Source: Octopus vulgaris
Taxonomy: Eukaryota
Assembly (NCBI GenBank): GCA_951406725.2
Contig: OX597816.1
Coordinates: forward strand, 103,912,001-103,976,000
DNA length: 64,000 nt
Reading direction: 5' to 3'
A model generated the notes under the pieces. It searched no databases, was not told where the DNA came from, and saw nothing but the letters and a program-made list of their open reading frames with translations. The translations under genes and the position numbers were made by a program. Position 1 is the stretch's first letter. The number at the start of each line of letters is the position of its first letter. Positions 51,581-64,000 of this stretch are shown here, one piece after another.

Positions 51581-54500
51581 GATTATATGAAGATAAATAA
51601 ACTTGATGTAGTAGAGTGAGGGGAACAGTGGTAGATGTAATGATAACTTGCCATTATGGGTTAATAGAGCTAAGAATATATTGGTCATTGTCTTTCACTC
51701 ACAGAAGTTTGAAGTGAGAAAGAAGGGAGTGAATCAACATTAGAGTGGGTCATCAATATTATCGATATTTACCAGCTGCAGTAGGGTTAAGAAGAAATTG
51801 GCTTGAAAAATGAGTTAAGAGTCAGTTATTTATATGCAGATGTTGATTTTGGATAATGAGTTCCCTTAAGGCTCTAAGGTGATAATATTGCTAAACATTT
51901 TTGTTGACGAGTCAATGTATGAAATGATGTTATCAAAAAATTCTCATACAAGAAAGAGTTCAGGTTTCTCAAGCAACAGCTTGTTGTCATCATCCTCAAT
52001 GTCCATGTTATTAACAATGAAAACTTCATCCGCTATTTCTTGGTGTCTATCGGCATTCTCTGTGTCTTCTAAACAAGTTCTGATGCCATCTTCTGTGATG
52101 TCTGTTTTATCTGTATTCTATTACAACATTTTACAGAATTTTGTTTCCATATTTCTTATTTTCCTTTTCTTTTTGTCAAGCAATATCTTCAGTGGTAATT
52201 TATGTTACTTCTTGTAAAGCTTGAGGCTGTAGTTCTTGATGTAACTAAGAGTTCTTTGTCATTGTGTGTCATTCTTTATCACAATAAGAAATTATTTCAA
52301 ATATCAGTATTGTACAGTTATATCTTTATCAGTTGGATAGATCATTGAGGTGACATTGAAGAGCAAGATTATGCATCCTATTTTACCATCATTACTGACA
52401 AGTTGGTGTACACCTGGATGAACATGTGTGGTATCCAACATTTGTAGCATTTTCATCTCTCCAGTAGAAATTCTAGGAAGGAAATGTTAGAAAAAAGTAG
52501 TTATTGAAAATATTTATATAGAACCATGGTTTCTTTGAATAGTAGTAATGCACTAGTAGCTGGTGAATTATATGTTTCAAAGTTTGTGAACTTTTTAACC
52601 TTTGCACCAGAGTCATCTTAACACTATTATTATATCAGGCAAAGCAATACATTGGGGCCCCTATCAAAATAACCACAGCATTCATGGGTTAGCATTGGAT
52701 CTTTAAACTCATGGGGCTTTCAGTCAATGCTCATGCATTCAGGCAGTTCTGTTTCATACTCTTCTGCACATCACAAGACTGAAAACATTTGTATATAACT
52801 TGAAACCAAGTGTTTACAATTTATGCTTTAGCAACAATGTGTTTTAAGTTAAAGACAACCATTTCAACCCAGTTTCATTCTCATTGAAGCACTTAAGAAA
52901 TTAGGAACTCTGTTCACTTCGTTTAAGTAATTTAATTTCTTCATGAATGGCTCAATTATTTTTCATTGGTATTTTGCCTTCTTTGCCACGGGGGATTGTA
53001 TTGCTCATTCCTTGGGGATTTCTAAATTCATAGTAAACACAAATCACTAGCTTCGAAATTCTTGATACTCATATCTCTAACTGGTTTAGTGGGAAAACTT
53101 GGAATTTCTATGCCAGGATATTATTACTACAAGCGTTTTTGAGGATAAACCACTTTTTCAAAGCCACCTAAAATTTGCATATCTTTGAACTTACATACAC
53201 TCTCTATAGCATGAAATGATGACTGAGAAATTGTATTGACATTATGTGTCAGAAAATGCAATGACCTGTTTCCAATCTTGTGCATATCCAAATTGAAGGA
53301 TGTTTTGACATGCACAAGCAGACATAAACATCCTCTCGGCCCTCTATCCGTCAGTTATATCTATATGTGTGTGTGTGTGTGTGGGGTATGAGTATACTGT
53401 TCTTTACACAACCAAGAGCATTTATTTTTCCTTTATATATATATATATACATATACAAATGAACACACAAACACACATACATATTTGTATGGGAGTTAGG
53501 GAAAAAGATTCCATTTTGGGAACATATTTGCTACATAGCCAAAGTAAACTTTGATTTAGGTGAGTTATAACAAATGCCTTCCAGCCATGACTATCTCTCT
53601 TTTTATACATCAGAGGTTTTATATATCTGTGTAGAAGCTTGACTGTTAGAAGTAGCAGTAAAATCTCCTTTAAATCATAATTTACCATTTAATACATGTC
53701 TTAATAAATTAGATTATTCAATCCTGTATATAAGTATTCTGAAAAAGAAGATAGAATAGTGATGGTTATAATGCCAGTTGGATGATAAAATTTCAACACA
53801 GGAAAATGTAGTAGTTGATCCAGGTCTATGGATCTGTGAATCACACCTAGTTACTAGACCAACTATCTGCATGACATTGGGTCTGCTCAAACAGGGCTTA
53901 TCTGAAGCTATGCAACAATAATTAACACTAATCACTTGCTTCAATTACATAAATTGATTACTACCATGCTCATTTGGTCAATTACAACTGTAATATTCTT
54001 ATCCCTTTGTAATTTTTGATAGATTTTGTCTGCACTGTGTGAAAATGTTCTGTCAGATATTGTGTGCTCACCTGTAATCTGCAGCAAACTTGTTTGACCT
54101 TAATAGTTTTCTCACCTCTCTGCACATAACACTTCATTCCTATCGTGTTCTGCTCAGTCACAGTTCTTAGATATTTTATATAGAGTGTACCCAGTATATA
54201 GTTCTCCAATACCTCCATGCAATGTGTATTCTATTTTCATTTTTGTACTGTCCAGCACATTTTTCTCACCACTCCATCATATATAATCTAACCATATACG
54301 CATCTTTCACTTTTTCCCCTTAAATCTTATTACTATGCTCTTGTATTTAATTTTTTCATCAAAATTTCTGTAATGGAGTGTTTTATATTATTTATTATGA
54401 TTTTAGTATATATCTTTTTACTTCTCACTGTTTTGCTATTTACTTGATATATTTTATTTCAAACTGAGATGTTACTAAGTGTTATTATATTTACTCACTA

Positions 54501-54899
54501 TGTGTATAATTTTCATATTGCTGAAAATCTTTAAAAGTTTTGTTTTTTTCTGTTTTTTACTATTTTAACTGTTCATTTTAATATTCTTTTCGTATTCAAC
54601 TAATGTTTGCTCTGCATATATATATGTATATGTGTGTATGTGTGTGAATGTATATCTGCATATTTGTATGTATGTATGCATAATGTACCTTGATTTGCTA
54701 ATTTGCTTCTGTGATTTAGATAGCTCAATTGTTGCATATATTTGATGCTTGAACATTGTTGCACTGTGCAGTAGTTGTTTTGTTCTTCATGTATGAAGTG
54801 AGTAAATCAACAGAAATTGATGTTTCTAGTAATCTAAAGAAAAATGTAATGCAAAAGATAAAGAAACTGAAGAAAATAAACAAGTATATATATGCATGT

Positions 54900-54934
<35 letters not shown>

Positions 54935-56118
54935 AACCAGCCTGCAAACAAAGCATTATTTCCATGAAAGGGTGTTGCAAGATAATTGGTAACTTGAAAC
55001 AATTCTGAATATATGATGCTTTGAAACATTACTCCAAGGGATTTGTATAGGGGTTATCCTTTATAACTGCTCTCATTATCTGTTGTTGTTATTGAATTAG
55101 CTTTGTTTTCATAAAGCAGTCAAACAAGTCACTATGCAAGTTTCCTCACAAACAGTCATAAAACTTACTGCATCATTTTCAGCATGTGTGTATGTGTGCA
55201 TATGTGTGTGGGTGGGTGTATGTATGTATGTATGTATGTCATAATCATTTTTTTATCCACTTCTCACGTTGACATAAGTTGGATGTGTTTTCACAATCCG
55301 AGTAGTTCTAATTCAGAGTTACTGCACTTCTAGATGAGTTGGAGAACTGCGTCTTACTTGTAGATTACATTTCTAGCTTGGTTTCTATGGTTGGATGTTT
55401 TTTTGGTTGCTTCTAAGTGTTGTTCACATATAGCTTTGTACTATAAAACAGAAGGATTTGCACTAAGTTACATTTGTCTTCACTGCAGTTTTTCTTAAAA
55501 ATTATCAGTCCAACAGGTTCTGTAGAATAGAATTCATCACACTATCACATGCAATTAGCCTAATCAGCTTTTCAGTTTCACCGATCGTCAGCATCACAGT
55601 TCAGAGCATGTCATAGTTGAATGCCTTCTTCAGATCTACAAAACTAGTAAATGTATCCAACATGCACAAGTAAATGTGAATCTGGGATTGGTTTGTACAT
55701 GTATATGAAAGCTCACTTTCAGATGACAGGAACAATTTGGTATGATATACATAGGTATGTGTGTGTGTTTGCATATACACTTGCACATACACATATCCAT
55801 ATATATATATATATATATATACACAAATACATACATATATATATATATATTACAACAAAAATTTTAATTTGGGACATAGCATTACTAAATGTTTCATATC
55901 CACAAAGCCAGAGGCTTGTGGACAGCTCATCAAACTCTATACAAAGACAAAATATTTAAACTTTCTACATCACAGACATGTGGATTCGAAACTTTTGGTA
56001 ACACTATGTCCAAAATTAAAATTTTTATTCTAATATTTACGGCTCTATTCTTTAGAGTGTGCTTCTTTTCTGATATATGTTTTATTGACTACACACACAC
56101 ACACATATATATATATAT

Positions 56119-56162
<44 letters not shown>

Positions 56163-56330
56163 GTACACACACACAGAGGTAATGTTGAAAGTTTTCATAG
56201 AAAGTCAGAAGAGAAAGAAGAGTGCTCTATATTGTTAATAGAGCTGAACATGATTAATAATTTTGTCTACTAGCACAGTTAGAGGTACCATAGGTTTCAA
56301 AGTTCATATTTGTCAACAATTATTTAATGC

Positions 56331-56823
56331 AGTTCTATATTTAAGAGATGAGGAATTATGTACATTATTTATATTTGACGGATATTTGTCCTCATCTTGT
56401 TTGTTGTTAACACTATGCTTTGGCTGATATACCCCCCACCCCAGCTTTCATCAGGTGTCTTGGGGAAATTTTGAACCTGGGTTCTCATTCCTAAGGTATT
56501 TTTCAATGTTGTTGTTATTATTATTATTATTATTATTCAGATTGCTACCTGGAATCGAACTCAGAATCTTGGGGTTAGTAGCCCGTGCTCTTAATCAGTG
56601 GTTAAGAATGCAGGCTTCTAACCCCAAGATTCCGAGTTCAATTCCATGCAGCGACCTGAATAATAATAATTATTGTAATAACAACATCGAAAAATACCTT
56701 AGGAATGAGAACCCAGGTTCGAAATTTCCCCAAGACACCTGATGAAGGCTGGAGGATCAGCCAAAACATAGTGTTAACAACAAACAAGATAAGGACAAAT
56801 ATCTGTCAAACGTAAATAATGTA
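56331..56823. mobile_element. Head-to-head foldback of a tRNA-headed, (AAT)n-containing, hammerhead-tailed element
   Basis: Arms 56361-56596 and 56598-56823. Each arm reads outward as tRNA-like head, then (AAT)n, then a body with GACAC-CUGAUGA-A-GGCUG..CAGCC-[G>A]AAAC-AUA-GUGUU (56734-56775 on +). Confidence 0.8.
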
Positions 56824-57304
56824 AATAATGAAATTATTTAATGCCTACATATCTTATGGATCTCCCATGAGCCCCAAAAACTGTGATGATGTGTCCATTT
56901 TTTCTATGCTCACATGTTTTGGATAGAATTTGTTGTGAGAGATTTTCTACAACTAGACACACTTACTGTCGCCAACCCTTACCTGTTTTCAAGCAAGGTA
57001 ATATTACCCCCTGCCCAGACATGTTTTCAAGGAAGATTGGAAACAAGAGATGCTCACATGTGTGACGGTGATGCTTGTTTACAATCTCTGTATAGCGTTA
57101 AGACAAGGAATCATATGTACATGCATACACTTACTCACATGCACATACATATCCAATGGGCTTTTATTCAGTGTCCATGTTCCATATCCACTCACAAAAC
57201 TTTGGTTGGCCAGAGATATAGTAGAAAATACTTACCCAAGATTTGAGGCTGCAGGACTGAAGCAAACTTCTTAAGCACACAGCCCTGTCTACACTTTATA
57301 TATC

Positions 57305-57562
57305 GTCATCATCATCATCATCGTTTAACGTCCGTTCTCCATGCTAGCATGGGTTGGATGGTTCGACCAGGGATCTGGGTCCAGAAGGCTGCACCAGGCT
57401 CCAGTCTTATCTGGCAGTGTTTCTACAGCTGGATGCTCTTCCTAATGCCAACCACTCCATGAGTGTGGTGGGTGCTTTTTACATGCCACTTGCACAAGAG
57501 CCAGGCGAGGTTGGCAATGGCCACGGTCGGATTGGTGCATTTTATGTGCCACCGGCACGGAT
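57305..57562 (-). mobile_element. 5'-truncated RTE 3' end
   Basis: Same family as 27840-28265. Confidence 0.8.
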
Positions 57563-58703
57563 GCCAATATATATACTCACATATATATATGTATGTATAG
57601 TTTAGTGTTCCGTTATAGGCAGAAGCCACAATGAGTACTCTGTCTAGTGAGAAATAAGAATAATTTATCTACTGATAGTTTCATGTAATGGGGACATGGT
57701 AATTTGGCAAATTTATATAATGCGCCCTGTGTTTCCAAGCACTTTTCAGGCTCAGAACACATGGTTAGTTCTTTTTGAAAAACCAGAATGATGGTTCATG
57801 TAAAAACACACAAAATAAAAAAAAAAAACAAGGTTGGTGCAAGAAGTGAAACAAGGATGGATAAAACAGAAAAATAAAGGAAAACAAAAAAAGAAAATAA
57901 CAAGAGTTGTATCTATTTTGTCTGTAGAAATCATAACTAATCTAGCTGGTATTATTGACAGTGAGATTTGGCTGCTATTTTGCTACCAGATGTCTGTCAC
58001 TAAAGAGCCTGGATAGGGAAAAATCACATGATCTTGCAGTTCTGGCACCAGCAGCAAATGGTTCTTGCTTGCCAACGATATAAATATGAGAGCTCTTATG
58101 TACCAAGCATTCATATAAGAGGTCCTGTCAAGGTAAATAACACAACACTTATTGTTCTAATACTACATTCACATTAAGTTGGATATAAAGAGTGCCTTTT
58201 TGATATTAATACTGCTTCTGTTGCTATCAATTAAATTATATATATATATAATAAATTTCTGAAAGAGGTATAAACAGTAGCTGCACGACAATGTGAAGTA
58301 TATATGCCATCTAAATGTGGCTAACCACTAAGGGTGGATGCTACTGTTGCTTGTAGCCCCAGGAGAACATCTCCAGCTGGCTATTGACACACTTTCTGTG
58401 CCCTATCGGTATTTGCAATGGGAAGCCATCCTTCCCATTGTCGACCTGACATGATAAATATATGAGAGGTATTGGTATCCAGAAGACTCCAGATGGCAGG
58501 TAAGGCTATGTAAGTGCTATTGGAGGACCGTAGGTAGACTCTTGGTTTGATGATAACATGAGTGTATGTGGAATTTATAGGACATTTATAAAGAGAAAGG
58601 TAAAGAGAAATATATTTCATCAGTAGGCATAAATACGAAAGAGAAGCACACTCTAAGTTATAAACCAGTAGAGTAATTAGATAAAAATAGTTATGGTCAG
58701 TCT

Positions 58704-58764
58704 GGAGTTACCCAGGGTTTCACGTCCATAGAGTGCTCGGCTTTATAGCGTCTCTTCAGACCCT
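58704..58764 (-). ncRNA. Type I hammerhead-like motif with intact core
   Basis: AGGGU-CUGAAGA-G-ACG-CUAUAAAG-ccgagca-CUCUAUGG-A-CGU-GAAA-CCCUGGG-UA-ACUC. Confidence 0.68.
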
Positions 58765-58801
58765 AATGGCTAGTGGCCTATAACTCTCTACATTAGCCAT
58801 T

Positions 58802-58861
58802 AGGGCCTGAAGAGATGCTGTGAAGCTGAGTGCTTTATAGATGTGAAACCCTGGGTAACCT
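58802..58861 (+). ncRNA. Type I hammerhead-like motif with intact core (second arm)
   Basis: AGGGC-CUGAAGA-G-AUG-CUGUGAAGC-ugagu-GCUUUAUAG-A-UGU-GAAA-CCCUGGG-UA-ACCU. Confidence 0.62.
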
Positions 58862-61518
58862 CATAGACTAGCCATAACTATCTTTATCCAAAAGATATAT
58901 ATATATATAATCTTCTGGAATGTAAAGTAAGATATACTTTATTAGAGGCATTACAAATTTTCTGTAATCAGATGGATAAATGTAAATGATACCTTCTTTT
59001 ATCTTTTCATGTGTGTGTGCTTTTGTTAGTATATACACAGGAATATGACAAGCTTCTGTATAGTTGCTATCTTCCAGATTCTACTCAGAAGGTCTTGGTT
59101 AATCTGAGGCTATAATAAAAAACACTTGTGTAATGTAACTTGCTGTGGGATTGAACTCAGAACCATGTTGTTTGCAAAATAAACTTCTTGATCATGCAGC
59201 CTTACACTCTATACAATTATGTATTGATTGCTGCACAGTATGAGATTTATTAACATAGGTATATCATTCGCCATGAATTCAAGACATGGATTGTTAATCA
59301 TTAGAGTAATATCCATACTCAGAAGTATACACCACAAATAAAATGGCTTTCAATTTTACAAAGATTCTTTCTAATATCCATTTAATGGAGCAATGAATGT
59401 ACAAAGTAGAATCACATCACAATCTCATTCAGAGTTGACAAGATCTAGTGAACATCAGATTATTTTAAAATCTGTAGAATATAACTAGCTTCTTTAAGAT
59501 ATATGCATATATATTTAACAGAGATTTGGAGAAAACCCAGGAAATCTGAGTCTCCAAAGATGTGTTATTGAATTACTTAATTTCTTAAAATAATACATGT
59601 TTTATTTTTAAAATCAATTTATTATTTTCCCAGCTTTTAGCTCATTCAATCTTATTACAAATAAAATGATTAATTAGTATGAAGATTCTACTAGTTGTGA
59701 TTGAAGTAACAAACTGACAATCTAACTTTATTGATTAAGTGAAAGCTTATTCTTTGTGTCTTTGTCATTCATGTCATGTGCTATATGAAAGCAACTGCTA
59801 AATACATTAGGAGGAAGAATACATTTTAATTTTCCCATTGCACAAACACATTTTTGAAAAAAATAAGAGAGGTCTGCTTTCCTGACTTGTAATAATGGTT
59901 TCAAATTTTGGCACAAGTCCAGTAACTTCATGGGAGGGGGTAAGTTGATTACGTCAACCCCATTACTTAATTGGTACTTACTTTATCGACCTTGAAAGAA
60001 TGAAAGATAAAATTGACCTTGACTGAATTTGAACTCAGAACATAAAGATGGACAAAATGCTTAGCAGCATTTTGTTCAGCATGCTAAAGATTCTACCAGC
60101 TCATCGCCTTTTTCTGAATTATAATATTGAAAGCATGTTCAAATTTCGCCAAAGCTGACTTTGCCTTTCATTATTTTGGGGTCAATAAAATAATTACCTG
60201 TTGCATACTGGGGCTGAAGTAATCAACTTTATCCCCTCCCCCGAAGTTGCTGGCCTTGTGCCAAAATTTGAAATCAATATTGACAGCATGTCCAAAGATT
60301 GAAGACTTGCTTCCATTATCCCTAATGGTACTGAAACTAATATAATGAAAAACATGAGAAAAAAATCCAGCTATCAAAGTATGTCAAATTCTATTTAATA
60401 GAGACATTAGACAGTTTATCTCCTCTACCAGAGCAATTATAGCTGTTTTTTTTAACACTAATTAGTCCCTATCAGTTTTAATAAACTGTTTACAGATGCA
60501 AGCATTGTTGTTTGGTTAAGACCTTCCCTTTACAACCACATAGCTCCAGATTCAGTCCCACAAATGGTACCTTTGGCAAGTGTATTCTACTACTATAGAT
60601 GCAGTCAAGTTGTGAGTGGTTGATAGAGACTGTATGGAAGCCCGTCAAATATATAAAAGCCTTTGACTATTTCTATCCAAATGGGATTTTCATCCTAATA
60701 TTTACATGCTATTATTTATAGCTTTATATGTACTTTGAGATGTGATTCCAAAAAAAGAATTATTCCATGTTTTCTCAAAAGTTTGTAAATTCTTACGATG
60801 CTAATGATAAAAGTGCACAAGAGTGTGCACATGTGCATGCATGTTTGTGTGTGTGCATCTATGTGTGTGTGTGTGTAGGTTTGTGTGACTGTATCAGTGT
60901 GTATGGATATGTGCACATGCACATATGAATGTTGACATTTTATAGTTTCACTGGACATCATCTGAGTAAAATGGGGACATGATGCTTACCCTCCTTATTG
61001 ATATTATGTTCAGTTACTCTACACTTTGGAAGGCCAGTAGAATAGAAAAAAATAATCCCTTACTTATAAAAAAACCCTGTTAAAGTTTAGTGATAGGAAG
61101 ATCATTCAACCATAATGTGTGTGTGTGTGTGTGTATCATGCCATCACTATCTTCCTCTTATCTTCTTCAGCCATGTATCTATAGCAAGATGCCAATCCTT
61201 GTCCCTCTGTCACACTTTAGCCTTTCAATGCCTGGCATAAAGCCACCCACCTCCACCTTCCTCCTCTCAAATACTTCCTCTTATTAGTAGGAGCTTTTTC
61301 CCTTTCTTTTTCCTCTCTGCTTTTCTATGTTTCAATTGACATGGCAACCTCACTAGTGCCAGTAGCATGAAAAAAAAATGCAACCAGTATACTCTGTAAA
61401 GTGGTTGTCATTAGTAATGCTATTCAACTATAGAAACCATGCCAAAGTGACACTGGAGCTCAATACAGCACTGCAGCTCACCTGATATAGAAAGTCTTAC
61501 AAATAAATCTTTTGTCCA

Positions 61519-61940
61519 GGCTTTGATGTGAAGCATTTTACAGCAGCGCCTAGCCATATTTCTTTGGTCTTTCTGATATTGTTACAGAATTTTATCATTC
61601 ATGCCTTCTATGATAATTTAAAGTCAAACCATATACAAAGTTTCATTCTACAATCATCAGTTGATATGCTTTTCCCAAGTGGTTACCCATCTAAACACTA
61701 ACTAGGCTCTTAAAATGTATCCTCATAGTTGTGTTGAACATTTCCTGATATAGGAGGCCTTAAAGATAAACCCATTGTTCTGGTTTTGATGTGAAGCATT
61801 TTACAGCAGCGTTTGGCCATATTTCTTTGGTCTTTTTGATATTGTTACAGAATTTTATCATTCATGCCTTGTATATTAATCTAATGTCAAAATATATACA
61901 AAAAGTTTCGTTCTACAATCCTCAGCTGATGTTCTTTTCT
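61519..61940 (+). repeat. About 155-bp direct repeat pair (about 61519-61674 and 61781-61940)
   Basis: tttgatgtgaagcattttacagcagcg..gccatatttctttggtcttt..gatattgttacagaattttatcattcatgcctt occurs twice. Confidence 0.85.
61670..61709 (-). pseudogene. 5S rRNA-derived fragment (internal control region), possibly a SINE3-like remnant
   Basis: The reverse complement gagcctagttagtgtttagatgggtaaccacttgggaaaa matches metazoan 5S gggcctggttagtacttggatgggagaccgcctgggaata at 30 of 40 positions (manual alignment). Confidence 0.55.
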
Positions 61941-63659
61941 TTATGAGTTGCATGGGATATAAATACTAAATATGCAAAAAAGATGATGAAGGAAAATAAT
62001 CTTAAAACAAATTAATTATATGTTAGCCATAATATTCAATCTTCAAAAAAACCAACAAAAGAAAAGAAACAAGGAACCCATAAACTACCAATTTTACTAG
62101 CTTTCATATATATAACCTTATTAATAACTATTATTATACACCAACAAAAGGCAAATAAATTCATTATATCATAACTTTTTTAATCTGAATAGTTTTCAAA
62201 ATAACTTTTGTTTTACTTTACATTTCTTCTTCTTTTTATTTTTTGTCGGAAGTTTCTTTATCTCCAGTCCATTGTGTTTGTTGTGAACAGGTTTAGATAT
62301 TGTATTTCTGCATGCAATTCTGTTCTTCCATAACCTCATAGTAATTTCTAAATGACTTGTGGTGATGTGAGACTTTTCTGTATTCATTGAGTATATTATA
62401 TTGAGACATATTTTCTGATTGGACAACTACACTGATAGAATTATTTTTTTAGTTGAAAGGTGTAACTGTTTGTGTGTGTTTGTGTGTGTGTTGGGATTTT
62501 TGGATATAATGATACAGGAATTTGAATTAGCTGTGTTGTGAATGTGTATATATCTAAAAGTGTATATCAAACCATTGAACTCTTCATCTGATACTCACAT
62601 ACATGCATGCATGCATACATACATACATACATACATACATACATACATACATACATACATACATACATACATACATACATCATCATCCTCAACAACAACA
62701 TTTAACATCTGTTTTCCATGCTGGCATGGGTTGGATGGCTTGACAAGAAATGGCAAGACCAGGAGTTGTACCAGTTTTCATAGTCTCTTTTGGCTTGGTT
62801 TCTTCAGCTGGATACCCTTCCTAGTGCCAACCACTTTACAGAGTGTACTGGGTGCATTTGACATGGCACATTCACCAGTGCTTTTTATGTAACACCACAT
62901 TACTTTTCCCTTATCCCCTTCAGCCATGTCCTTGTCCCTCTATCACTTGTTCTTGTCATTTTTTCATACTTTAGCCTTTCAATGCCTGGCATAAAGCCAC
63001 CCACCTCCACCTTCCTATCCTGAATACTTCTTCTTATTAACAGAAGTTTTGTTCCCTTCCTTTTCCTCTGTTCTTTTCTGTGTTTCAAGTGACATGGCAA
63101 CCTTGTTACTGCCAGCAACAGGAAAAAAGCCCCCAGTACACTATGTAAAGTGATTGGCATAAGTAATAGCATCCAGCTATAGAAACCATGTGAAAGTGAC
63201 ATTGGAGCTTCATACAGCTCTGTAGCTCATCAATTCCCAGTCAAAACATGCAACCCATGCCAGCACAAAAAGCGGATGTTAAATGGTTGATGATGATGAT
63301 GATGATATATATATATTTGTTTTCATCTCTCCTTATTCCAAGATAAAGCAGTATTCAATGGTTGGATACCCTTCCTGACAACAACTTCTACTTGTTTTGT
63401 AAGATGTCTTACAAAACGAGCTGCAACAAATGCATACATACATACATATATATATACATGCATACATACATACATACATACATACATACATACATACATA
63501 CATACATACATGCATATATATGTACTAGTGTACATACTTATAAAATAGGTTTTGGCATAGTTTCTGTCTCCTTAATTTCACTCACAAGGCACTGGTCAAC
63601 CCAAGGATATAGAAGATGGTATCTATTTAACATGTAACGCAATGTGAATGAAACTAAAA

Positions 63660-63829
63660 TGCACATTATTTACATTTGACGGAGAGTTGTCCTCATCTTG
63701 TTTGTTGTTAACGTTTTGGCTGATATACCCTCCAGCTTTCATCAGGTGTCTTGGGAAAATTTTGAACTTGGATTCTCATTCCTAAGGTATTTTTTGATAT
63801 TATTATTATTATCATTGTTATTATTATTA

Positions 63830-63877
<48 letters not shown>

Positions 63878-64000
63878 CGGTCACTGCTTAGAATCGAACT
63901 CTGAATCTTGGGATTTGTAGCCCACACTCTTAACCGCTATGCCACAGGCATATGGTGTAGTGGTTAAGAGTGCGGGCTACTAACCCCAAGATTTTAATTT
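63660..64000. mobile_element. Second copy of the tRNA-headed hammerhead foldback (right arm cut by window end)
   Basis: The left arm matches 56361-56596. The centre reads cttaaccgctatgcca..tggtgtagtggttaagagtgcgggctactaaccccaagatt (inverted tRNA-like heads). Confidence 0.8.

Larger units (their letters stand above)
58651..58889. mobile_element. Foldback element with two hammerhead motifs
   Basis: Arms about 58680-58772 and 58794-58888 are imperfect reverse complements. Family copy at 29651-29975. Confidence 0.8.

Noticed and set aside
51870-53330. Possible decayed minus-strand coding or transposase sequence
   Set aside because: No recognisable motif, and many stops in the frames I translated. 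A TBLASTX/HMM search would be needed.
63950-64000. tRNA gene
   Set aside because: It is the tRNA-like head of the foldback element; the cloverleaf is incomplete and truncated by the window end.

Overview
AT-rich, microsatellite-dense animal genomic DNA. The SINE and LINE families and the microsatellite load suggest a coleoid cephalopod such as Octopus (inference). The only host gene I can support is the 3' half of an R7-family Regulator of G-protein Signalling gene (RGS6/RGS7/EGL-10-like) on the + strand. It has six GT-AG exons (1040-23205) that splice in frame and encode the GGL domain and the full RGS domain, plus one weak candidate terminal exon (40575-40712). The rest is intron or intergenic DNA packed with decayed transposons: a mariner, MITEs, CR1, RTE, an R4/Dong-like LINE, a Penelope-like RT plus GIY-YIG element, and three tRNA-derived SINE families. 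The most notable signal is at least six unrelated short non-coding element families, four of them head-to-head foldbacks. Each carries a minimal type I hammerhead-ribozyme-like motif (CUGANGA-stem II-GAAA-palindromic stem III-UH) of the kind known from Penelope-like retroelements. One family has a compensatory U3:A8 core. Another is fused to a tRNA-like Pol III head. Most copies carry core mutations, so catalytic activity is unproven.
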